Shown one piece after another: positions 25,825 to 34,600 of a stretch of 64,000 nucleotides of DNA. Each line of letters starts with the position of its first letter. Position 1 is the stretch's first letter. The stretch is from Nitrospirota bacterium (GTDB lineage: Bacteria > Nitrospirota > Thermodesulfovibrionia > Thermodesulfovibrionales > SM23-35), in NCBI GenBank assembly GCA_040756135.1, contig JBFLZS010000008.1, positions 5,021 through 69,020 on the forward strand, read 5' to 3'. The position numbers and the translations under genes were made by a program. Under the pieces are notes generated by a model. The model made no database searches. It had not been told where the DNA came from and saw only the letters and a list, made by a program, of their open reading frames with translations.

Positions 25825-25840
25825 TTATTCCTCCCATTCT

Positions 25841-25938
25841 ATTCCAAGATTCATGATTCACGATGCAGGATACATGATGCATGATTCGTGTATTTTATTT
25901 ACATGTATCTTGTATCCGTATCTTGCATCCTGTTTCCT
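25841..25938. repeat. Tandem-heptamer block module upstream of gspG
   Basis: A block (catgatt/catgatg) followed by a block (gtatctt/gcatcct). Confidence 0.7.
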
Positions 25939-25945
25939 GACTAAT

Positions 25946-26185
25946 TAGAGTCTGTCCATAAAGTCGTATTTTGTCATTGTCCGGCTTGACCGGACAATCC
26001 AGAACATATTGAAAACACTGGATTCCCCGATCAAGTCGGGGAATGACTAATTGTATAAGTCATAAAGTCAGTTTTATTGTCATTCCTGCGGAGGCAGGAA
26101 TCCAGAACCTTTTGAAAATACTGGATTCCGGCTTAAGGACTGCCGGAATGACAGATAGTAAACATCAGTTTATACATAGACACTA
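25946..26185. repeat. MITE-like nested-hairpin element inside the gsp operon (gspF-gspG spacer)
   Basis: Imperfect terminal inverted repeats tagagtctgtccataaagt ... cagtttatacatagacacta enclose four family-C hairpins. The element ends 1 nt from the gspF stop. Confidence 0.8.
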
Positions 26186-26186
26186 A

Positions 26187-27362
26187 TCATTTTATCAACT
26201 GGTTCAACTGGAATATCGGCAAAAGAACTGCAAGGACTATAAATCCGACAATAAGCCCCATAAAAAGAATCATTGCAGGTTCAAGAAAAGAAAGGGCCTT
26301 CTGTACCTTTCTCGAGAATTCTTCCTCATACGAATCTGCAGCTTTCTTCAGCACCTCAATTAGTCTCCCACTCTTCTCTCCAGTTGCGATTAATTGAAGA
26401 AGCACAGGCGGGAATCCCTCAAGGGATGCAGAAAGCCCTGCCCCTTCTGCAACCCGTTTGCCACCTTCAATCACCTTTGTCTCAAGTATCTTATTCCCGA
26501 TAGACTTTGCAGCAAGCTCAAGCGACCTCAAAACAGGAAGACCCCCTCCGAGCAAAGAACTAAATGTCCTCGTAAATCGTCCAAAATAAAGGCTCTGTAA
26601 TATATTTCCGGGCAAACGTAAAACAAGCCTATCAATAAATAATCTTTTCCTTTCACTCAGTCTTCTAAAACCGAATACACCTGCCAGAATTATTCCCAAT
26701 AAAAGCCACCAGTAGTTTTGAAAAATATCACTAATGGTTATAAGCACAATAGTGATAAAAGGCAGGGCGCTCTCTGTATCCTTAAATATCTTTGTTATCT
26801 TCGGTATAACAAAGATAAACAAAAAGGAGAGAACAACAAAACCAATACAGATCATAAAAATAGGATAAACCATTGAGGTTCTTACCTTTGATCTGAGGTT
26901 AGCCTGTGCCTCCAAAAAATCTGACAGACGTCTGAGAATATCATCAAGATTTCCGCCTGCCTCTCCTGCAGCAACCATATTTACATAAAACTCAGGGAAA
27001 ACCTTTTCATAATCCTCAAGCGCCTTTGAAAAGCTCGACCCTCCGGCGACCCTTTCCTTTATGTTCACTAACATGTTTTTCCAGAAACCCTTATTTTCCT
27101 CAGAGATTGAACTCAGCGCATCCATCAGGGTCACACCTGATGAAAGTAAGGTTGATAACTGCCTTGTTATTGATGGGAGAAGGGATATATCAGACCTGTG
27201 GAATAGACTGAAACCCCTTTTATAAACAGCTTCCTTTACATTTTTTGGGTAAAGACCTGAGTCTTTAAGCCTTAAGACTGCATCCTTGAGGCTGTTTGCC
27301 TCAAGGGTCCCTGCTACCTCCGAGCCGTCTGACCTGTATCCTCTATACTGAAATATCGGCAT
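26187..27362 (-). CDS. gspF: Type II secretion system inner-membrane platform protein GspF
   Basis: A duplicated GspF/PilC domain architecture with three TM segments. It lies between gspE and gspG. Confidence 0.9.
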   Translation of the reverse strand: MPIFQYRGYRSDGSEVAGTLEANSLKDAVLRLKDSGLYPKNVKEAVYKRGFSLFHRSDISLLPSITRQLSTLLSSGVTLMDALSSISEENKGFWKNMLVNIKERVAGGSSFSKALEDYEKVFPEFYVNMVAAGEAGGNLDDILRRLSDFLEAQANLRSKVRTSMVYPIFMICIGFVVLSFLFIFVIPKITKIFKDTESALPFITIVLITISDIFQNYWWLLLGIILAGVFGFRRLSERKRLFIDRLVLRLPGNILQSLYFGRFTRTFSSLLGGGLPVLRSLELAAKSIGNKILETKVIEGGKRVAEGAGLSASLEGFPPVLLQLIATGEKSGRLIEVLKKAADSYEEEFSRKVQKALSFLEPAMILFMGLIVGFIVLAVLLPIFQLNQLIK

Positions 27363-27386
27363 ATATTATAAATACCTAAAATATAA

Positions 27387-27430
27387 ATCCCCCCTCACCC
27401 CCCTTTACTAAAGGGGGGAGTGGGGGGATT
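27387..27430. repeat. Family-A palindromic element, gspE-gspF intergenic
   Basis: Sequence aatcccccctcacccccctttactaaaggggggagtggggggatt. Confidence 0.9.
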
Positions 27431-27436
27431 TTTCAT

Positions 27437-29005
27437 TTATATTTCAACAGCATCCTTTTGCGTTACTCGCAGGACTTCTTCAAGTGTAGTAATGCCCATC
27501 ATAACCTTTTCGATGCCGTCCTGACGCAGTGTCTTCATCCCTCTTGAGACTGCATAATTTTTTATGCTCTGAGAATCTATCTTCTCTGTAATCATGGGTC
27601 GTATCTCGTTATCTATCACAAGAAGCTCAAAGATTCCTGTTCTTCCAAAATATCCCTTGCCTTTACAATTATCACAGCCTTTACCTTTGTAAAGCATAAA
27701 AGGGGCAAGGGGGAAGGGGGAAGGGGCAAGTTTATCATGACCCATGACCCATGACCCATGACCCCTAAAATATTCAATTTCTACATCAGAAGGCTCATAC
27801 GATACCTTGCAGTGAGGACATATTGTCCTTACAAGTCTTTGCGCAATAACAGTCGTGAGTGATGATGCAACAAGAAATGGTTCAATGCCCATATCTATGA
27901 GTCTGACAAGGGCACTTGGTGCATCATTCGTATGAAGGGTGCTTAAAACGAGGTGGCCTGTGAGCGATGCCTGCATTGCGATTTCAGCAGTCTCGAGGTC
28001 CCTTATCTCACCGACCATTATTACATCCGGGTCCTGCCTCAATATTGATCTAAGTCCAGAGGCGAATGTAAGCCCTATTTTAGGATTCACATGAACCTGG
28101 CCAATACCCTTCAATTGATATTCAATGGGATCCTCGACTGTTATTATATTTTTCTCCTCTGTATGAATCCTGTTAAGGGCTGCATAGAGGGTTGTAGTCT
28201 TACCGCTTCCTGTAGGACCTGTGACAAGTATAATCCCATCAGGTTTTTGAAGGTATTCTTCAAGCCTTTTTTCGTCATCCTTGCTGAAACCAACCTCCCA
28301 TAGACCCAGTAGGCCATGCCTCCTGTCAAGAAGCCTGAGTACCGCCCTCTCGCCATAAGATGTAGGTATTACAGAGACCCTTATGTCTATATCCCTTCCA
28401 CCGAGCAGGAGTCTTATCCTTCCATCCTGTGGCAGCCTCTTTTCAGCGATATCAAGATTTGACATTATCTTAACCCTGCTTATCAGGGCTTCCTGAATTA
28501 TCTTTGGAGGTGTCAACACCCTGTGCAATACTCCGTCTATCCTGAACCTGACATCGAGTTCTCTCTCGAAAGGTTCGATATGGATATCGCTTGCCCTTTC
28601 TTTTACTGCCTGAAGAAGAAGGGCATTGAGGAGTCTTATGATGGGAGCCTCTTCTGTTAACTCAAGTAGGTCCTTTGGCGCCTCAAATTCTGTTGCAACA
28701 GATGAAAGGTCCTCCCCGCTTATGGTATCCATTACTTCTTCTGCAGAACCTATCTGGCCATAAAACCTGTTAATTGCATTTAGAATAACACCTGCTGTTG
28801 CCTTTAACGCCCTCGGCTTCAAACCAAGAGATCTCGAGATCTCAGCAAGCGCCAGTATCCCTCTATCATCTGCAACAGCTCCGAATAGTTCAGAATTATT
28901 TTTCTTTATGGGGAATATCCGATTGTTTTTAACAAAGCTGACAGGAATATCCTTCAAAATGGATAACTCTACATCCTCATCTTTTATTATTTCGATAGTT
29001 TCCAT
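27437..29005 (-). CDS. gspE: Type II secretion system ATPase GspE
   Basis: Walker A GPTGSGKTTT, Asp box, Walker B ILRQDPDVIMVGEIRD, His box and a tetracysteine CPHC...CDNC. A repeat-derived insertion lies between the Cys pairs. Confidence 0.93.
   Translation of the reverse strand: METIEIIKDEDVELSILKDIPVSFVKNNRIFPIKKNNSELFGAVADDRGILALAEISRSLGLKPRALKATAGVILNAINRFYGQIGSAEEVMDTISGEDLSSVATEFEAPKDLLELTEEAPIIRLLNALLLQAVKERASDIHIEPFERELDVRFRIDGVLHRVLTPPKIIQEALISRVKIMSNLDIAEKRLPQDGRIRLLLGGRDIDIRVSVIPTSYGERAVLRLLDRRHGLLGLWEVGFSKDDEKRLEEYLQKPDGIILVTGPTGSGKTTTLYAALNRIHTEEKNIITVEDPIEYQLKGIGQVHVNPKIGLTFASGLRSILRQDPDVIMVGEIRDLETAEIAMQASLTGHLVLSTLHTNDAPSALVRLIDMGIEPFLVASSLTTVIAQRLVRTICPHCKVSYEPSDVEIEYFRGHGSWVMGHDKLAPSPFPLAPFMLYKGKGCDNCKGKGYFGRTGIFELLVIDNEIRPMITEKIDSQSIKNYAVSRGMKTLRQDGIEKVMMGITTLEEVLRVTQKDAVEI
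27700..27765. repeat. Tandem-heptamer block module, in-frame in gspE (HGSWVMGHDKLAPSPFPLAPF)
   Basis: A (gggg[c/a]aa) x4 block, a spacer gtttatc, then (atgaccc) x4. Confidence 0.85.
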
Positions 29006-29059
29006 ATCTATGAAAACATTAATGATGATTTATTGTCACAAACGAACATGAAAATCAGT

Positions 29060-29104
29060 AATCCCCCCATGCCCCCCTTTAGTAAAGGGGGGTTAGAGGG
29101 GATT
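29060..29104. repeat. Family-A palindromic element, gspD-gspE intergenic
   Basis: Sequence aatccccccatgcccccctttagtaaaggggggttagaggggatt. Confidence 0.9.
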
Positions 29105-29110
29105 TGTCCT

Positions 29111-31405
29111 TCATCTAATCTTCATTATATAATTCGGCTCTGCGTATTCTACTTCATTATATTTGCTGAATATCTTAACTGCCTCTTTAACGTCCTGCCC
29201 CTTCTTCAGTTTTATATGATAAAGCCCCCTCGGTTTCAATATGGATATAATAGATGCACCTTCAGTTGACAGTATTTCAGATATCCTCTCCTCAGAGGTC
29301 TCTTCCTTGAATTTTATAAGCAACTCCCCTTGTTTATATCTTTCCTCGGATTTAGCGAACTCTAACCCTTTATTATTGGTCAACCTCGAAAGTTGTTCGG
29401 CCTCTTTAATTATATGCGGGGTCAGAAACACAAGCAGGTTAGTCTTCTTCTTTTCCATTGTCTTGTTTTTGAACAGCCATCCAAGGATAGGAATATCCCC
29501 AAGCAATGGAACCTTGGCTATACTCTCTTCTTCCCTCTCCTCCATAAGGCCACCTATCACTACTGTCTGGTTATCCTTAACAACCACGGATGTCTTTGTC
29601 GAGCGTTTTGTTGTAGTCGGACCTATTGTCGTTATAATCTCTGTTGATTCCTGCTTTACGGCTGATATCTCCTGATAAATATCGAGCTTAATATAATCGC
29701 CCTCAGTAATCTGCGGCGTAATGCGCAATGTTATACCCACATCCTTCCTCTCGACAGAGGTCAATACAGTGGTGGTTGTTGAAAGGTCCCCCTGTCTTTG
29801 CGTTATGAAGGGTACATTCTCGCCGACAAGAATCTCAGCCTCCTTATTGTCAGATGTGAGGATCTGTGGTGTTGAAAGAACATTCACCGCACCATTGAAC
29901 TCGTTAAGGCTGAAAAGGACAGCAAATCCAGGAATTGTAAGGGTTGATGTTGTAATTGTTCCATCTGAATCAACCGTTGTTAAAGGCACATCTAAGAAGT
30001 TCCCCATGCCTCCGGCTGTTAGCCCTGTAAGTCCATAGATAACATTCTGTAGCGATGTGGCATCCATAGTTCCAAAACCACCTATTACTACAGGTTCTCC
30101 ATCTTTCTCCGCAGTAACCCTCCATTTTGTGCCAAGTTCTCTCAGTTTATCAATCGATGCCTCGACAATCATCGCCTCTACATAAACCTGCTTTCTTCTT
30201 TTATCGAGTTGCTTAATAACCTGTATAAGATTCTGATAATCAGATGGTGACGCAACTATTACAAGTGAATTAGTTGCCTTATCAGGTGTTATAGTTATAC
30301 CACCGGCTGCCTCAAATGGTGTAACCGGAGCCCCTGTTGCACCAGAGGCGACCTGTCTAACAGGTTGTACACCTTTCAGTATTCCTTCAAGGACCTTTGA
30401 TAACTCGGTTGCATCTGCATTCTCAAGGAAATATACATTTATCCTTCCCTGTGCCTCGGGTGATGGTACGTCAAGGAGGGCAATAAGTCCCTTAAGCGAT
30501 TCCCTCATGCCTCTATCTCCAAAGAGGACAACGGCATTCAGCCTTGAGTCAGCTACTGCCTTTGCCTCCTCCGCTGCTGGCTGTCCAGGCACAGCCTTTG
30601 TCTTTCTACTTATACCATCATTGAGTATTTTTGTAATAGCATCAGCGCTTGAGTATTTAAGAAGAACAATCTCGGGTTCTTCCCTTACTGATGGCTGGTC
30701 AATAGCCTCAACGATGGAGAGGATCTTCTCTATATTCAGGCCTGAATCAATCACTAAAAGTAAGTTGCCAGGGCCAAAGGCTGAAATATGCCCATCCTTT
30801 GACACGACAGGTTGGAGAAACTTGAGCGCATCATCTGAAGATATATATCTTAAAGAAATCAACCTTGCCATATAACTTTCGTTAACAGGCAATCTTTCTG
30901 TAGCAATCTGCATTCCCCTCTGCTTTGCCTCGGAGGCAGGAATAATCTTGTATGCATCAACACCTGAAGGAATAACCGTGAAGCCCTTAAGCTCAAGCAC
31001 CGCTGTGAAGAGATCAAAGGCATCATCAACAGATAATTTTGAAGGAGCTATTATTGTTATCTTACCTTTCACCCTCTCATCAAAGATAAAATTTTTCCCT
31101 GTAATCTCACTTATAAATTTTGTTATAGTTGAAAGCTCGACATCTACAAAGTTAAATGTAACCTTCTTATCCTTGACTAAATCCTTTTTACTCTCTGTTA
31201 CATCTGTCTCAGCTATGGAATCGGTTACAACAATGATTGACATATAACAGCCAAAGAATATTAGGCATGCAACAAGTGAAAGGGCAGTTATTGATTTTCT
31301 AAATATTTTCACCTTAAAATCCCCCCATCCCCCCTTTTCTAAAGGGGGGCGAGGGGGGATTACTTCTATTGTTTTTTGTGTCTCTATAGGACAAATTTGT
31401 TTCAT
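29111..31405 (-). CDS. gspD: Type II secretion system secretin GspD with a C-terminal subtilase-prodomain-like module (alternative GTG start at 31312)
   Basis: N0 domain (VTFNFVDVELSTITKFISEITGKNFIFD), N1-N3 domains and a secretin core (VVIGGLMEE...VPLLGDIPILGWLFKN...LLVFLTPHII). The last 75 aa align to the S8 prodomains. Confidence 0.93.
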   Translation of the reverse strand: MKQICPIETQKTIEVIPPRPPLEKGGWGDFKVKIFRKSITALSLVACLIFFGCYMSIIVVTDSIAETDVTESKKDLVKDKKVTFNFVDVELSTITKFISEITGKNFIFDERVKGKITIIAPSKLSVDDAFDLFTAVLELKGFTVIPSGVDAYKIIPASEAKQRGMQIATERLPVNESYMARLISLRYISSDDALKFLQPVVSKDGHISAFGPGNLLLVIDSGLNIEKILSIVEAIDQPSVREEPEIVLLKYSSADAITKILNDGISRKTKAVPGQPAAEEAKAVADSRLNAVVLFGDRGMRESLKGLIALLDVPSPEAQGRINVYFLENADATELSKVLEGILKGVQPVRQVASGATGAPVTPFEAAGGITITPDKATNSLVIVASPSDYQNLIQVIKQLDKRRKQVYVEAMIVEASIDKLRELGTKWRVTAEKDGEPVVIGGFGTMDATSLQNVIYGLTGLTAGGMGNFLDVPLTTVDSDGTITTSTLTIPGFAVLFSLNEFNGAVNVLSTPQILTSDNKEAEILVGENVPFITQRQGDLSTTTTVLTSVERKDVGITLRITPQITEGDYIKLDIYQEISAVKQESTEIITTIGPTTTKRSTKTSVVVKDNQTVVIGGLMEEREEESIAKVPLLGDIPILGWLFKNKTMEKKKTNLLVFLTPHIIKEAEQLSRLTNNKGLEFAKSEERYKQGELLIKFKEETSEERISEILSTEGASIISILKPRGLYHIKLKKGQDVKEAVKIFSKYNEVEYAEPNYIMKIR
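29114..29338 (-). other. Subtilase-prodomain-like module fused to the GspD C-terminus
   Basis: GspD YKQGELLIKFKEETSEERISEILSTEGASIISILKPRGLYHIKLKKGQDVKEAVKIFSKYNEVEYAEPNYIMKIR, against S8 YVPGEVLVKFKTGTSASRV...HRIKLPHKMSVEDAVKYYKAEPDVEYAEPNYIVKK, and YKEGELLVKFKSG...ERVKLPQGLSVKDAIMQYMSDPNVEYAEPNYIKR. Confidence 0.8.
31318..31361. repeat. Family-A palindromic element in the gspD 5' region (IPPRPPLEKGGWGDF)
   Basis: Sequence aatccccccatccccccttttctaaaggggggcgaggggggatt. Confidence 0.9.
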
Positions 31406-31418
31406 GTTTACCCATATC

Positions 31419-32294
31419 TTACTTTATCTGGTAAGTCATTGTCATCTTTGATCCACCCCTTATTAAATCAATCTGAACCCTTTCCAGACCTTTCAAGGCT
31501 GTAAATGCCTGAAGGGCCCTCTCAGGGTTAGATATCTCATATTCATTAATCCTGAGAAGTACGTCGCCGTTCTGGAGACCGAGGCTGTGGTAGATACCGC
31601 CTGGTTTAACCTCACTCAAAATAAAGCCTTCCTGTTTGCCATTAATAATATTAGGTTTAAGCCTTGCATCAGTCATTATCTGGTTTGGATTAGAGATCGC
31701 CTGCTGAACCCTTCCCTGATCAACTATATAAGTGCCCCTTCCCACCTTCTGGGCAAATGTAGAGGTAAAAGAGTGTTCCCCCGAAGCAGGTCTTTTGATC
31801 TCTTTTACCTTTACATCTTCAAGGAGAATCTCTGTTGTCTTTTCCCCCTGCCTGAGCAGTACCTTATCTTTTTTAACGCTATAAAGTTTCCCGAGGCCAA
31901 ACACAGAGTCTCCGACCTTAAAGACATCCTGCATCCCCGATCTGTCCATAAAAACCCCGTAGCTCATTTTTTTAGGCCCCACTACTGTCCCGATAAGTTC
32001 AATATCTATCTTTTGTGCTTTATCATTCATCGAAGCGGTTAATAGCCTTATCTCTTCTCCGGAGAAGCCAAAAGGGTTATTCTTGAGTATCGAAGAATAC
32101 TCTGTAAGTTGCATTTTTTGCCGGCTTGCGCCAACATTTTTTGATACGGCTATCTCTCTCTTCAGGGTTTTCTCTTTATAAAAATAGTTAGAGATTATAT
32201 CTCGTATAAGGAAAAGGGTTGAAAGAATAAGAAATATGCCTATTAAGATGTTTAGATAAAAGATGTTTCTCTCTGTGAAAAGGCCTGATTTCAA
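31419..32294 (-). CDS. gspC: Type II secretion system protein GspC (TM helix plus PDZ domain)
   Basis: N-terminal TM helix IFYLNILIGIFLILSTLFLI and a C-terminal PDZ-like segment GFILSEVKPGGIYHSLGLQNGDVLLRINEYEISNPERALQAF. It lies directly upstream of gspD. Confidence 0.8.
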   Translation of the reverse strand: MKSGLFTERNIFYLNILIGIFLILSTLFLIRDIISNYFYKEKTLKREIAVSKNVGASRQKMQLTEYSSILKNNPFGFSGEEIRLLTASMNDKAQKIDIELIGTVVGPKKMSYGVFMDRSGMQDVFKVGDSVFGLGKLYSVKKDKVLLRQGEKTTEILLEDVKVKEIKRPASGEHSFTSTFAQKVGRGTYIVDQGRVQQAISNPNQIMTDARLKPNIINGKQEGFILSEVKPGGIYHSLGLQNGDVLLRINEYEISNPERALQAFTALKGLERVQIDLIRGGSKMTMTYQIK

Positions 32295-32368
32295 TAAATA
32301 TCCTCTAAAAATATTTATCTCTAAAAATTTAGTCTATTGAAAATTTTCCATGTCTGTCAAGCTTGGGT

Positions 32369-32413
32369 AATCCCCCTTAATCCCCCTTTACTAAAGGGGG
32401 ATTAAGGGGGATT
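32369..32413. repeat. Family-A variant (C5/G5) palindromic element, S8-gspC intergenic
   Basis: Sequence aatcccccttaatccccctttactaaagggggattaagggggatt. Confidence 0.9.
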
Positions 32414-32440
32414 CTAAGGGGCTTGTATAATCAGAATAAC

Positions 32441-32563
32441 TTATCTCCTTCGCCTCATTAATGCTATAACAACCAAAGGTATCATCATCACTGCAAGGTC
32501 AGCGATTGCTGTTGGCGTATTTTGCCTCGGGCCTATGGAACAACTTCCTCCGCCGCCACTATG
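32441..32563 (-). other. Candidate C-terminal sorting signal (GGGGSCSIG, hydrophobic helix, RRRR)
   Basis: The same tripartite layout as 19177-19314. Confidence 0.6.
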
Positions 32564-34396
32564 CCCACTTTCTGGTAAGGGGGTTGTAGTAGATACCTCG
32601 GTTGAATAAAAAGACTCTGCAATGTCGTTATATGCCTTTATCCTGTAAACATATATCGTATTAGGTGTCAATCCGCTATCTGTAAAGGATAAGGAATTCG
32701 GCGGCAATGAAGGCTGTATATCTGTGTAAGTGCCTCCGCTAATCTTTCTTTCTATCTTATATCCACCTTCACCTGTTGCATTATCTGACCATGTAAGTGA
32801 GATCTGGGTTGGAGATATACCAGTGGCAGTAAGATTTGTTGGAGTCCTTAAAAACGATAGTGCCTTATATGCATTAATCCTTCCGCCAGTCTGTATCCAG
32901 CCGCTCAGTGTCGGCAATGGATCTACCATCCTGAGAATTGCGGTACGAATCTGAGAATAATCAAACTGTGTATTATGAATCCCATCATAATAACTGTAAA
33001 GCAATCCTGCAAGACCTGATACGTGGGGGGCTGCCATGGAAGTCCCTTCGAAAAACTCTAAAATTCCATATTCATTCAGAAGAATTGTGCTGAGGATATA
33101 TACACCAGGCGCTGCTACATCTACAGAGGTTGGGCCGAAATTACTGAAAGATGCCCGCTGGTCATTCTGGTCAGTAGCAGCAACAGAAATGATATTGGGG
33201 AGGTCATAGCTGGCCGGATACATCGGCGTCAGATCATTATTGTACCCTTCGTTACCAGCAGCAGCTATAAGCAAAATACCCGCTGTGTTTGCCTCTGCTA
33301 TGGTATCGTATTCGGCCTGAGAATATCCATAGCCACCGAAACTGGCATTTATTGCCTTTATGTCTATACCACTATTTTTCAATAGTATCGCATAATCCAA
33401 GGCTTCAATCTCGTCATCTGTTGTCCCATATCCATCTGCATTAAGAAATTTAAGGGCCATTAGCTTCACATACCACATTACCCCTGATACCCCTGTTCCG
33501 TTGTTTCCTACAGCCCCTATAATGCCAGCAACATGTGTCCCGTGTCCATATTCATCCATAGGGTCATTGTCTGGTGATTTTGAAGTCGTACAATTTCCCT
33601 CATCATCAAATTCTTCACATGTCGTGAAGTCCCATCCCTTGCAGTCATCTATAAATCCATTTTCATCATCGTCATCTTCTAAATCATTAGTATAGCCGGC
33701 TTCCCCGGGTTGCAGACCGGTGGAATCCTCATCAACCTTGCCATCTCCGTCATCGTCTACCTCACATATCCCTGGGCATCCATCGCCGTTTGCGTCACCA
33801 ATAGCCTCTTTATTATTAGTCCATATATTTCCAGCCAAATCGGCATGATTATAATCAATCCCTGTATCAAGGACAGCTATAACAACGCTGTAACTACCTG
33901 TTGAGATATCCCATGCCTCCGGTGCATCTATATCGGCATCAACAGTGCCACCAGCATACGTGCCCGTATTGTGCAGGGCCCATTGGTTTCCGAAATAAGT
34001 GTCATTCGGTATCCTGGACAAGGCGCGCTTTATATAATTAGGCTCTGCGTATTCCACATTCGGGTCAGACATATACTGCATTATTGCATCCTTTACTGAC
34101 AGACCCTGTGGCAGTTTTACACGCTCAAGATTAGGCACAATAGTAAACCTCTTCTTCACAGATGCACCAACCGCCTGATGGATTTTAAGTGACGATGTTG
34201 TTACAACGCCGGATTTGAATTTAACGAGCAACTCTCCCTCTTTGTACTTCCCTTTTTCCATCTGAGAGATTATGGATTGTGCGGTGATTTTTGTACCACT
34301 AATCTCCTTTGAAGTATCTGAAGAGATGCTTGTGGTCTTTTCATTGCCGCATGAGGCAAGAATCAAAACCATTAACAGATAGAATAATTTCTTCAT
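32441..34396 (-). CDS. S8 subtilase lipoprotein with fervidolysin-type prodomain, acidic Ca-binding-like insertion, Fn3 domain and Cys-containing C-terminal tag
   Basis: Lipobox LILASC. Prodomain GELLVKFK...VEYAEPNY. Catalytic contexts AVLDTGI, YGHGTHVAG and EGTSMAAPHVSG. A D-rich insertion lies between the Asp and His. Fn3 segment ISLTWSDNATGEGGYKIER. Tail HSGGGGSCSIGPRQNTPTAIADLAVMMIPLVVIALMRRRR. Confidence 0.92.
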   Translation of the reverse strand: MKKLFYLLMVLILASCGNEKTTSISSDTSKEISGTKITAQSIISQMEKGKYKEGELLVKFKSGVVTTSSLKIHQAVGASVKKRFTIVPNLERVKLPQGLSVKDAIMQYMSDPNVEYAEPNYIKRALSRIPNDTYFGNQWALHNTGTYAGGTVDADIDAPEAWDISTGSYSVVIAVLDTGIDYNHADLAGNIWTNNKEAIGDANGDGCPGICEVDDDGDGKVDEDSTGLQPGEAGYTNDLEDDDDENGFIDDCKGWDFTTCEEFDDEGNCTTSKSPDNDPMDEYGHGTHVAGIIGAVGNNGTGVSGVMWYVKLMALKFLNADGYGTTDDEIEALDYAILLKNSGIDIKAINASFGGYGYSQAEYDTIAEANTAGILLIAAAGNEGYNNDLTPMYPASYDLPNIISVAATDQNDQRASFSNFGPTSVDVAAPGVYILSTILLNEYGILEFFEGTSMAAPHVSGLAGLLYSYYDGIHNTQFDYSQIRTAILRMVDPLPTLSGWIQTGGRINAYKALSFLRTPTNLTATGISPTQISLTWSDNATGEGGYKIERKISGGTYTDIQPSLPPNSLSFTDSGLTPNTIYVYRIKAYNDIAESFYSTEVSTTTPLPESGHSGGGGSCSIGPRQNTPTAIADLAVMMIPLVVIALMRRRR

Positions 34397-34536
34397 ATTC
34401 TCACTCCTTTATAAATTATGTCGTCTGCATTTTTTCATCAACATCCAGAATCCTTCAAATATTACCAATCTTATTAATCTTACCAATCTTTAACCTCTTC
34501 TTCTCCTTTGTAACCCAGGCTCATTGTTTTGTAACG

Positions 34537-34562
34537 GAGAGGCGGGTAAAAACCCGCCCCTC
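34537..34562 (-). terminator. GC-rich hairpin downstream of the 1357-aa gene
   Basis: gagaggcgggtaaaaacccgcccctc gives a 10-bp stem with one mismatch. There is no clear U-tract, so terminator function is uncertain. Confidence 0.3.
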
Positions 34563-34600
34563 TTCATACGCTCTTCTAATTTAATATACTATCAAATCTA

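Noticed and set aside
29033-29269. A 78-aa plus-strand ORF (MSQTNMKISNPPMPPFSKGGLEGICP..)
   Set aside because: It starts in the family-A repeat and then runs antisense to the gspD 3' end. It is a shadow ORF.
20037-32294. The gsp cluster, considered as a second type IV pilus, Tad or competence system
   Set aside because: It has a PDZ-type GspC, a GspD with N0-N3 domains, and the full C-D-E-F-G-H-I-J-K-L-M-N order including GspK/L/M. It lacks PilT/PilB-type extras, and a separate pilMNOPQ operon is present.
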